Positions 1-7,408 of a stretch of DNA of 64,000 nt are shown in pieces (position 1 is the first letter of the stretch; each line of letters begins with the position of its first letter). The translations under genes were made by a program, and so were the position numbers. Origin of the DNA: an uncultured Myxococcales bacterium (GTDB lineage Bacteria; Myxococcota_A; UBA9042; PWKZ01; CAYRCM01); NCBI GenBank assembly GCA_964422715.1, contig CAYRCM010000010.1, positions 7,569 to 71,568 on the forward strand. Reading direction: 5' to 3'. A model generated the notes under the pieces. That model was not told the DNA's origin and searched no databases. It saw only the letters and a program-made list of their open reading frames with translations.

Positions 1-445
1 GTTCGTCGAGCTCACCAACGTCAGCAACGCCGAGCGCGACCTGACCGGCTGGATCCTCCGCACGGCGCGGGGCGAACCGCTCTCGCTCAGCCTGCCCGAC
101 CGCTCTCTGCGGCTCGCCCCCGGGGCCGTGGCCGTGGTCGCCCCGAATGGCGACGCCACGCAAAACGGCGGGCTGCCGGCCGAGACGCTGTGGCCTGTCG
201 GTGCCCTCGACATCGACGCCGCCGGCGACACCCTGACGCTTGTCAACGCGAGCGGAACGCTGGTCGACGAGGTCGCGTTCCGTGGGGCCGACGTGCTCGC
301 GCCGGGCCGTTCCTGGTCGCTCGATCCGGGCGCTACCGACGCCACGCGCAACGACGACCGCGACGTGTGGTGCCTCTCCACGGCCCCCGGGCGCCCCGGC
401 CGCGACCACGGCAGCCCTGGCGCTCCGAACCCGCCCTGCCCCTGA
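1..445 (+). CDS. lamin-tail-domain (LTD) protein, C-terminal fragment (5' end lies outside window)
   Basis: Frame-2 translation from nt 2 reads FVELTNVSNAERDLTGWILRTARGEPLSLSLPDRSL..GAVAVVAPNGD..LWPVGALDIDAAGDTLTLVNASGTLVDEVAF. The WVEL-N / LsGWtL / apgg-lvv pattern is the lamin tail domain fold, also seen twice in the CotH protein at 33215. Stop at 443-445. Confidence 0.6.
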   Translation, partial: FVELTNVSNAERDLTGWILRTARGEPLSLSLPDRSLRLAPGAVAVVAPNGDATQNGGLPAETLWPVGALDIDAAGDTLTLVNASGTLVDEVAFRGADVLAPGRSWSLDPGATDATRNDDRDVWCLSTAPGRPGRDHGSPGAPNPPCP

Positions 446-487
446 GCGGGCTCTCACTCGCCTTCGACTCGGCTGAACGACGCAGGA

Positions 488-2464
488 CTACGCCGTCGGC
501 TGGTCTTCGACCACGATGCCCGCCTGCACCGCCGTCGACAGGAATTCCTCGGCCGCCTGGGCGGCCGGCTCGGCGGCATACCCCAGGGTGTCCTGGCCGG
601 CCTCGATGCATTCGGCCAACGTGAAGCGCTTGCTGGACGTGATGAACAGGAAGAGCGGGGTCACGGATTCGGGCAGGACGAGCGCCGTGCCGGCCGGAAC
701 GTCGTAGAGCAGCAGGCCCGGCGAGGGGTGGAGCGCCGCGTCGCTGTCCCCCATGGCGGGCACGAACCGACAGGGCGTGACGAGCACATCTTCACGCCGG
801 AAACGGAACGTCGCCGTGGCGAGCCGCGCGAGGAGCGCCGTGGCCCGGGCGCGCCGCGGCGCCGCGCGCAGATCCTCGGCGAACCGACCGTATTCCATGA
901 GAATTTCTGCGCGGCCAGCCGGGCTCATACCGCGCGGGTCGCGAAACGGCACGTCGTTGAGACTGAGCCCCTTGTAGCTCGCGGCCGCGTGCGCCAACGG
1001 CTCGAGGCCATAGGCGGCCGGGTCACGGCCCATGGCGGACGAGCGCGTGAGCGCCAGCGGAAAGGCCGAGACGCCGGCAAGCGCGCGGCGGTGCGTCACG
1101 AGCAAATGCAGCGAGGCGCGCGCCTCGGCAAGGCTCGTGCCGGGCAGGTCGGGGATCATGTTGACCCACGCCGGAATGCCGGCCGCCTGGAGCCGGTCGA
1201 GCATGGCCTCGATCTCGCGGGCATCGCTGCCCTTCTGAACCTGTTGGAGCGCACGGTCGCACGTGCTCTCGACGCCAAGGGTGACGAGGCGGCAGCCCGC
1301 CCGCTGCATGGCCTGGAGCGTGGGCAGGTCGAAACGGCGGTCGACGCGCAGGTAGGTGGACCACCGGATGTCGAGCCCCGCCTCGATGAGCGCTTCGCTC
1401 AGCCCGCGGGCGAGTGCCGGCGCCAGGCTCTCGGTGACGAACTCGAAGCCGCGCCGGCCATGGAGTCGCAACAGCTCGCCGATGTGCGCGACCGCGCGCC
1501 GCGCGGAGGCCTGCCGATAGGCCCCCGGCCCGTACAGGTGCACGTAGTCGCAGTAGGCGCAACGCCCCCAGTAGCAGCCGCGGGCCAGCACGAGCGACAG
1601 CGAGGCATGCGGCGCCGCGGCCAGGGCCGCCGCGGAGTATTGCGGCAACGGCACGGCGTCGAGGCGCCGCAGGCGGGCCGGCGGGCCCGCGAGAAAACCG
1701 CCCGCCCCGTCCGGCACGAGCAGGTTCGGGACCGCGGTGAGCGGCGTGCCGCCCACGAGCGCCTCGGCGAGCGCCGGCAGCGCCTCCTCGCCCTCGTAGC
1801 GGGCGAGCGCCGTGCAGCCGCTGCGCTCGGCGACATCGGCGAGCGCGAACGGGTGGAGCAGACTCACGACGGGCCCCCCGAGCACGACGGGCAGGTCAGG
1901 GGCCACGGTGCGGATTTCGCGCGCAAGGACCACGGCCGGTTCGAGCTGCGGCCCCATGGGCACGGAAAGGGCCACGAGCAGCGGCTGCTCGCTGGCGATC
2001 TCAGCGGCCGCCCGGCGCAGGAATTCGGCCAGTTGGGTCGTCACGGCGCCGTCGGCGCGCGCGGGGACGAGCCGACCGAGAAAAGCGGTCAGATCGTGCG
2101 TGCCATCGAGTTGGAAACTCAGCCCGGCTCCCTTGCCCCCGAGCCGGAAGCGTTGCCGCCGCACGAAACTCGCTGCGAGCAGACGCTGATGGTCACTCTC
2201 GTAGTGCGCAGCCTCGGCCGGGGTGAGGTAGGCGCGCTGGTCGAGCACCGCCAGGCGCCCGGCCGCTTCGCGGATGACGCGTTCGAGTTCGGGATCGTCG
2301 AAGCAAGACGCCACGTAGCGCCGGTTGAGGTCGAGTTGCAGCACGCCAAAGCCCTGGGCCGCGAGGCAGGCCGCAAGGACCGGCAGCGACGGATACAGGG
2401 CGTCGAACAACTCAGGCACGACGGGCGGCAAGACGATGACGACTGGACGGTTTCTGGGTTTCAC
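488..2464 (-). CDS. B12-binding-domain radical-SAM-like protein, non-canonical CX4CX2C cluster motif (paralog 1)
   Basis: N-terminus VKPRNRPVVIVLPPV...LPVLAACLAAQGFGVLQLDLN is a B12-binding-like Rossmann start. Central LVLARGCYWGRCAYCDYV is followed by TIM-barrel-like stretches (LVTLGVESTCDRALQQVQKG). GTG start at 2464 preceded by GGAGG (tggaggcacggaggtgtcGTG). The track ORF extends to 3295, but its N-terminal 277 aa are R/G-rich junk. Confidence 0.7.
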   Translation of the reverse strand: MKPRNRPVVIVLPPVVPELFDALYPSLPVLAACLAAQGFGVLQLDLNRRYVASCFDDPELERVIREAAGRLAVLDQRAYLTPAEAAHYESDHQRLLAASFVRRQRFRLGGKGAGLSFQLDGTHDLTAFLGRLVPARADGAVTTQLAEFLRRAAAEIASEQPLLVALSVPMGPQLEPAVVLAREIRTVAPDLPVVLGGPVVSLLHPFALADVAERSGCTALARYEGEEALPALAEALVGGTPLTAVPNLLVPDGAGGFLAGPPARLRRLDAVPLPQYSAAALAAAPHASLSLVLARGCYWGRCAYCDYVHLYGPGAYRQASARRAVAHIGELLRLHGRRGFEFVTESLAPALARGLSEALIEAGLDIRWSTYLRVDRRFDLPTLQAMQRAGCRLVTLGVESTCDRALQQVQKGSDAREIEAMLDRLQAAGIPAWVNMIPDLPGTSLAEARASLHLLVTHRRALAGVSAFPLALTRSSAMGRDPAAYGLEPLAHAAASYKGLSLNDVPFRDPRGMSPAGRAEILMEYGRFAEDLRAAPRRARATALLARLATATFRFRREDVLVTPCRFVPAMGDSDAALHPSPGLLLYDVPAGTALVLPESVTPLFLFITSSKRFTLAECIEAGQDTLGYAAEPAAQAAEEFLSTAVQAGIVVEDQPTA

Positions 2465-2614
2465 GACACCTCCGTGCCTCCATTGTAGCAGACGCGAGTG
2501 GCCACCCGAGCCTTGACCCGCCCGGACCGCCGACGTACAGAGAACGACTCGGCCGCCCTGCGGGCCCCGTCTCCCGGGCCCCCGTTGCCGAGACGTCGGC
2601 CCAAGGAGCTGGAC

Positions 2615-3337
2615 ATGCGCTGCTTGCCCCTCATGACCGCTTGCACCCTCGCCACGCTCGTCGCGGCGGGCGCGTGCGGGCCGGCCGTCCGCGGATCCGC
2701 CCAGGCCGACCCACCGCGGGCGGCCGTCGTGCGTCCCGCGGCCGTCGCAACCGGGGTGGCGCCGCGGCCGAAGCGCATCACGGTCGCCGACTTGCCGGCC
2801 GTCGTGCGGGCAGCCTGCCGCGTGCCTCGCGTCATCGCCACCGTGAACGGCGAGCCCATCACCGACACGCGCTGGCTCATCGACGTATGGCGCGTCGGCC
2901 AGGGAACCGCGCGGATCACGGCCGACCGGGTGGTGGGGCTCGCCGACAAGTTTTTGACGCGGCTCATCCAGCAGCGACTGCTGCGCCAGGAAACGCGCCG
3001 TCACGGCGTCAAGGCCACGCGCGCCGAGGTCGACGCCGCGCTCGCCGAATATGCCGGCCGGTTCGGCACCGAGTCGGGATTCCGCTCCTACTTGCAGGCG
3101 GGGCACAGTACCGTTGCCGACTTGCGCCGCACGCTGTCGCTGCGCCTGGCCGTGCGCAAACTGCTGTTGCAGCAGGGGGCGTTCGTGCCCAAGGCCACCC
3201 GCACCGGCGAAGACCCGCAGTGGCCGACCGGCTTCTACGAAGCCCAGAACCGACTCATCGAACGGCTGACGCGCGAGGCGCACGTGAATCGGCACATCGT
3301 GTGCTCGGGCCCCGCTCCGCTGCCGAGCGGCAAGTAG
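2615..3337 (+). CDS. SurA N-terminal-domain-like periplasmic chaperone / lipoprotein
   Basis: ATG at 2615 with AAGGAG 7 nt upstream. Signal/lipobox MRCLPLMTACTLATLVAAGACG. VIATVNGEPITDTRWLIDVWR...LRQETRRHGVKATRAEVDAALAEY matches the SurA_N / PpiC-N chaperone pattern. No PPIase domain is evident. Confidence 0.6.
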   Translation: MRCLPLMTACTLATLVAAGACGPAVRGSAQADPPRAAVVRPAAVATGVAPRPKRITVADLPAVVRAACRVPRVIATVNGEPITDTRWLIDVWRVGQGTARITADRVVGLADKFLTRLIQQRLLRQETRRHGVKATRAEVDAALAEYAGRFGTESGFRSYLQAGHSTVADLRRTLSLRLAVRKLLLQQGAFVPKATRTGEDPQWPTGFYEAQNRLIERLTREAHVNRHIVCSGPAPLPSGK

Positions 3338-3356
3338 GGGCCGACGGGCCAGACGC

Positions 3357-4118
3357 TCAGTACCGCACGATGCGCAAGTTGACGGCCGTGCCCGCGGGGA
3401 CCTTGGCGCCGCCGTCGGGGTCTTGTGCGACCACGACGTTGACGTCGTAGTCGTCGCTGTCGACCTTCTTCACTTCGCCGAGTTTGAGGCCGGCCTCGGT
3501 GAGGAGCCGCTCGGCGACGCCGACGTGCTTGAACTTGACCTTGGGCACCGCGACGAGTTCGGGGCCCGCCGAGACGACGAGGTCGACGCTCGCTCCGCGT
3601 GCCACGGCAGCCCCGGCGGCCGGCTTGTGCGACAGGACGACGTCCTTCGGCTGCGGGCCCGCCTGCGTCTGCACCTGCCCGACGACGAGCCCGGCGGCTT
3701 CGAGTTTCGCCGTGGCCGCCGCCCGGCCCTGCCCGACGAGGCCGGGGACCTGAATCTTGCTGCTGCCCGCGCTCAACACGACCCGCACGGTCTCGTGCGC
3801 CTTCACGCGCGAGCCGGGCAGTGGCGACTGCTCGATGACCCGCCCCTTCGCCACGTCGGCGCTATCGCGCGCGGCCTCGATGTAGAGGAGCAGGCCGCGT
3901 TCGGACAGCAGCGTGCGGGCCTGCTCAGCGTCGAGCGAATGGACGTTGGGCACGTCGACACCGGCTCCACCCGGGCTCGCGACGGCTTCCGCGGCGGGGC
4001 CGGCGGGCTCTGCCACCGTGCGGCCCGGCGGGGGCACGAGCACGTTGAGCACGAAGTAGGCGGCGGTGCTCGTCACGAGCGCCGTGAGCAAGGACGTCAC
4101 GAACACGGACACTTTCAT
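3357..4118 (-). CDS. PASTA-domain membrane protein (three PASTA repeats, no kinase or PBP domain)
   Basis: N-terminal TM helix MKVSVFVTSLLTALVTSTAAYFVLNVL is followed by three ~65-aa repeats (VPNVHSLDAEQARTLLSERGL.., VPGLVGQGRAAATAKLEAAGL.., VPKVKFKHVGVAERLLTEAGL..) typical of PASTA. Confidence 0.7.
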   Translation of the reverse strand: MKVSVFVTSLLTALVTSTAAYFVLNVLVPPPGRTVAEPAGPAAEAVASPGGAGVDVPNVHSLDAEQARTLLSERGLLLYIEAARDSADVAKGRVIEQSPLPGSRVKAHETVRVVLSAGSSKIQVPGLVGQGRAAATAKLEAAGLVVGQVQTQAGPQPKDVVLSHKPAAGAAVARGASVDLVVSAGPELVAVPKVKFKHVGVAERLLTEAGLKLGEVKKVDSDDYDVNVVVAQDPDGGAKVPAGTAVNLRIVRY

Positions 4119-4259
4119 GCGGCAGCCCCCATCGACGTCAGTTTTGGCGCGCGAACAACGCCGCGGCCGGCGCGGTTCAGAGAAAAGCCGATTCTCCGCG
4201 CGCGGTCAAGGTGCCCGCCGGCCGGAACTCCGGCCACCCCCGGGGGCTTCGGGCGGCCC

Positions 4260-4287
4260 TTGCGTCGCGCCGAGGGGGGCCTATATT
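4260..4287 (+). promoter_or_regulatory. candidate sigma-70-type promoter for trxA (-35 TTGCGT, 16-nt spacer, -10 TATATT)
   Basis: cTTGCGTcgcgccgaggggggccTATATTcgg lies ~130 nt upstream of the trxA ATG. Confidence 0.3.
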
Positions 4288-4416
4288 CGGGGCCGGCCGC
4301 TCTACGGGGGCGGGCCCGTGGTGGACTTCGCACGGCGGTTCGGGCGGCGGGCCCTACCGTCCGGCGGTCAGACGAGGCCCGGACAGCGCACGAGGCCGTG
4401 CACAGGAGATTGCGCC

Positions 4417-4746
4417 ATGGCAAACCCGAACGTCGTCATCCTCGACAGCAACAACTTCGACGCCGAGGTCGCCGCAAGCCCCATCCCGGTGCTGGTCGAC
4501 TTCTGGGCCGTGTGGTGCGGGCCGTGCCGCGCCATCGCGCCCACGGTCGAGCAACTCGCCGACGAGTACAAAGGCAAGGTCAAAGTCGCCAAGCTCGACG
4601 TCGACCACGCGCAGGACATTGCGGCCCGCTACCTCGTGACGTCCATTCCCACCCTGCTGCTCTTCAAGGGCGGCCGGCCCGTCACCCAGATCATCGGCGC
4701 GCAACCCAAGGCCAGAATCGTCGCCGCCATCGACAAGCACGTCTGA
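4417..4746 (+). CDS. trxA: thioredoxin
   Basis: MANPNVVILDSNNFDAEV...VLVDFWAVWCGPCRAIAPTVEQLADEYKGKVKVAKLDVDHAQDIAARYLVTSIPTLLLFKGGRPV carries the WCGPC active site. AGGAGA RBS upstream. 109 aa. Confidence 0.93.
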   Translation: MANPNVVILDSNNFDAEVAASPIPVLVDFWAVWCGPCRAIAPTVEQLADEYKGKVKVAKLDVDHAQDIAARYLVTSIPTLLLFKGGRPVTQIIGAQPKARIVAAIDKHV

Positions 4747-4758
4747 CGATGTCGCCTC

Positions 4759-5886
4759 TCAGGGATGCGGCGCGCTCGTGGCCGCGTGTACGACCCTGTA
4801 GAGGGCGCCGAAGTTGGTTTCCTGGCGCATCATCTCCTTGATGGTCTGCCCGCCGCGGATGCGGCGGATGGCCCGCGCGAACAACGGCGTCAGCGAGAGT
4901 ACCGTGGTCCGCGCGGCGAGCCGCGGGTCGGCGCGTACCCGCGCCAGGAACCGCGGGTGCGTGTCGGTGACGACCAGCTCGTCGATAGCCGACGCTTCGA
5001 GCCGGGCGGCGAACTCCTCGGTCCCCCGATCGTAGCCGTGCGCGTGCGTGACGCCGCAGAGGACATGGCGCGCGCCCGCTTCGCGCGCGGCCTCGGCCGC
5101 GGCAAACAGGGTGGCGCCCGACGAGAGCAGGTCGTCGGTGAACCAGACCACCCTGCCCTTCACCGGCCCGAGCAGGCCGTGGCTCTGGATGCGCCCGACG
5201 TCGTCCCAGGCCCGGTGCTTGTCGTGATGCGCGAGGCGCAGTTTGGGCCGCGGGGGCTCGCTGCGCAGGTGCAGGGCGACCTCCTCGGACAGTTCGCGTA
5301 CGGCGCGCGCGCGGCCGGCGTCGGGCACCCCCAGCACGAGGTCGGCGCCGTCGGGGGCCAGCCCGCAGGTCGCCTGCCATTCGCGATACCGCCGACCGAT
5401 GTAGTCGCCCCAGATGGGCCGGCTGCGCAAGTGGTCGAGCGGAATGCGAAAGTGCCCCTCGATCTGGTCCGAGTGGAGGTCGAGCGTGAGCACGGAGTCG
5501 AGCCCCGCGGTTTCGAGGAGTCGGGCCACGAGCCGCGAGGTGAGCGATTCGCGCCGTTCGTGGGTCTTGTCTTGCCGCGCGCAAGGAAACTCGGGGCACA
5601 CGAGCGTAATGGCGCGGGCACCCGAGGAAAGACGCGCTGCATCGATGAGTTGCAACAGACCAACGAGTTCGTAGTTGGTGTAGCCGACGCTCCACAGGAT
5701 GCAGACGTCGCGGCCTCGGATGTTGTCGAGAATCTCGACTTTCGTCTCGCCGCTCATGGCGCCGCCGTCGTCGGCGAACTCGGTGAAGCGCACGGGGTGC
5801 AGGGGCAGTCCGAGCGAGGCGGCCACTTCTTGGGCAAACGGGTCGGCGTTGCGACCGGCCATGAGGACGACGTCGTGCTCCAACAT
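4759..5886 (-). CDS. prs: ribose-phosphate pyrophosphokinase (PRPP synthetase) family protein with a C-terminal extension
   Basis: MLEHDVVLMAGRNADPFAQEVAASLGLPLHPVRFTEFADDGGAMSGETKVEILDNIRGRDVCILWS, then LTLDLHSDQIEGHF (PRPP synthetase signature) and VVWFTDDLLSSGATL (PRPP-binding loop). Start taken at the internal ATG 5886; the upstream 90 aa of the track ORF are low-complexity. Confidence 0.8.
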   Translation of the reverse strand: MLEHDVVLMAGRNADPFAQEVAASLGLPLHPVRFTEFADDGGAMSGETKVEILDNIRGRDVCILWSVGYTNYELVGLLQLIDAARLSSGARAITLVCPEFPCARQDKTHERRESLTSRLVARLLETAGLDSVLTLDLHSDQIEGHFRIPLDHLRSRPIWGDYIGRRYREWQATCGLAPDGADLVLGVPDAGRARAVRELSEEVALHLRSEPPRPKLRLAHHDKHRAWDDVGRIQSHGLLGPVKGRVVWFTDDLLSSGATLFAAAEAAREAGARHVLCGVTHAHGYDRGTEEFAARLEASAIDELVVTDTHPRFLARVRADPRLAARTTVLSLTPLFARAIRRIRGGQTIKEMMRQETNFGALYRVVHAATSAPHP

Positions 5887-6109
5887 GGGCTTGCTCCGAC
5901 GGTAGGGGGCGCCGCGGCGGCGCGGCGCGCCGGGTCGCCACGGTAGGGCCGGGGGCCGGCAGGCGTCAAGCGCGCGGCAGCGACGTGAGGTGACAGCGCC
6001 GAGAGGCCCCCGTACAATGGCGCCCTCGGACGGTACGGCAGGTCGGGTCGCCCCCAGGCACCGGCAGCACGCGGTCCAGGGGGCCCTCTCGCGCGGTAAG
6101 GACGAGCAC

Positions 6110-7354
6110 ATGAGCATCCGATCGTGGGGCGCCACCGACATCGGGCCCGTGCGCAAGGTGAACCAGGACCGCTACTTCATGAACGACGCGCTCGGCGTCT
6201 ACGCCGTGGCCGACGGGGTCGGCGGCGGCGCGGGGGGCGAGGTCGCGAGCCAGATCGCCATCGACGTCGTGGCGAGCGCCGCGGCGCAGCTGCGCGAGCT
6301 GGCCGACCGGCCGGGGGCGCGCGATGCGGCGTCGGGACGACGGGCCGTCTTCGACGCGCTCCAGGCCGCGGTCGAGCTCGCCAACACCCGCATCTACTCA
6401 AAAGCGCAAGAAGAACGGCATCTTGCAGGCATGGCCACGACGCTGTCCGTGCTGCTCATGACGCGCGAAGCGGCGTACATCGCGCACGTGGGCGACAGCC
6501 GCATCTACCTCATTCGCGACCGGCAACTGCAACGCATCACGCAGGACCACACCTGGGTCGAAGAACTGCTGCGGGCCGGCACGCTGTCGCCGCAGGCGGC
6601 CGCCGACTTCCGCTACCGCAACGTCATCGTGCGCTCGGTGGGCGGCCACGTCAGCGTCAAGCCCGACCTGCTCTACATCGACGTGCTGCCCGGCGACCGA
6701 TTTCTCATCTGCTCCGACGGCGTGAGCGACCACCCGGGCGAAGCCGAGTTGCTGAAGGCTTTGGCGACCGGCGACGCCGCCGAACGGCCGCGCCGGCTCA
6801 TCGAATTGGCCGTGGCGGCCGGCAGCCGCGACAACCTGACGGCGGTCATCGTCGAAGTCCCGCTCGAAGCCGAACCGAGCGAGATCGTCGACGACGAACT
6901 GACGAGCCCCATGGCGCACACGGGCAAGGTGGCCTTTCTGCGCACCTTGTTTTTCTGCCGCCACCTGAGCCCCGCCGAGACCCTGAAGCTGTTGCGCTAC
7001 GTGCACGAGGTGCAGGCCCGGCCGTCCGACGTCATCGTGCGTCAGGGCGACGAGGGGCAAGACCTTTTCGCGGTCGTCGACGGCCACCTCGACGTCGTCG
7101 TCGATGGCGTGCGGGTCAACGTGGTCGGGCCGGGCGGCCACTTCGGCGAGATCAACCTCGTCAGCGGGCAGACGCGCACGGCCACCGTCATTGCCCGCGA
7201 CCGGGTGCGGCTCTTCCGGCTCGGGCGCGACGACTTCTACGACCTCAGCGAAAAGGACCCGGGCATCGCCATCAAACTGCTCTGGAGTTTCCTGCAGACC
7301 CTCGGCGCGCAGGTGCGGCGGCTGAGCCAGCAGCTCGCCCAGCGCCGGCCCTAG
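6110..7354 (+). CDS. PP2C-family Ser/Thr phosphatase fused to a C-terminal cyclic-nucleotide-binding (CNB) domain
   Basis: MSIRSWGATDIGPVRKVNQDRYF...VADGVGGGAGGEVAS...VGDSRIYLIRD...ICSDGVSD...GSRDNLTAVIVEV is classic Stp/PrpC-type PP2C. The CNB domain follows: RYVHEVQARPSDVIVRQGDEGQDLFAVVDG...FGEINLVSGQTRTATVIA, a phosphate-binding cassette with conserved Arg. ATG at 6110. Confidence 0.8.
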   Translation: MSIRSWGATDIGPVRKVNQDRYFMNDALGVYAVADGVGGGAGGEVASQIAIDVVASAAAQLRELADRPGARDAASGRRAVFDALQAAVELANTRIYSKAQEERHLAGMATTLSVLLMTREAAYIAHVGDSRIYLIRDRQLQRITQDHTWVEELLRAGTLSPQAAADFRYRNVIVRSVGGHVSVKPDLLYIDVLPGDRFLICSDGVSDHPGEAELLKALATGDAAERPRRLIELAVAAGSRDNLTAVIVEVPLEAEPSEIVDDELTSPMAHTGKVAFLRTLFFCRHLSPAETLKLLRYVHEVQARPSDVIVRQGDEGQDLFAVVDGHLDVVVDGVRVNVVGPGGHFGEINLVSGQTRTATVIARDRVRLFRLGRDDFYDLSEKDPGIAIKLLWSFLQTLGAQVRRLSQQLAQRRP

Positions 7355-7408
7355 CGTAGAGGGACGACACGGGCGGCACCGGATCCCCGAGGGATCGGCG
7401 CCGGCCGC

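Noticed and set aside
728-2488. 586-aa ORF on the + strand opposite the first radical-SAM gene
   Set aside because: R/G/A/P-rich low-complexity translation with no domain pattern. It is antisense to a gene with clear motifs, a typical high-GC ghost ORF.
3423-4841. 472-aa + strand ORF spanning the PASTA gene and trxA region
   Set aside because: Runs antisense through the PASTA gene and across an intergenic region. Arg/His-rich junk composition. trxA in another frame is clearly real.
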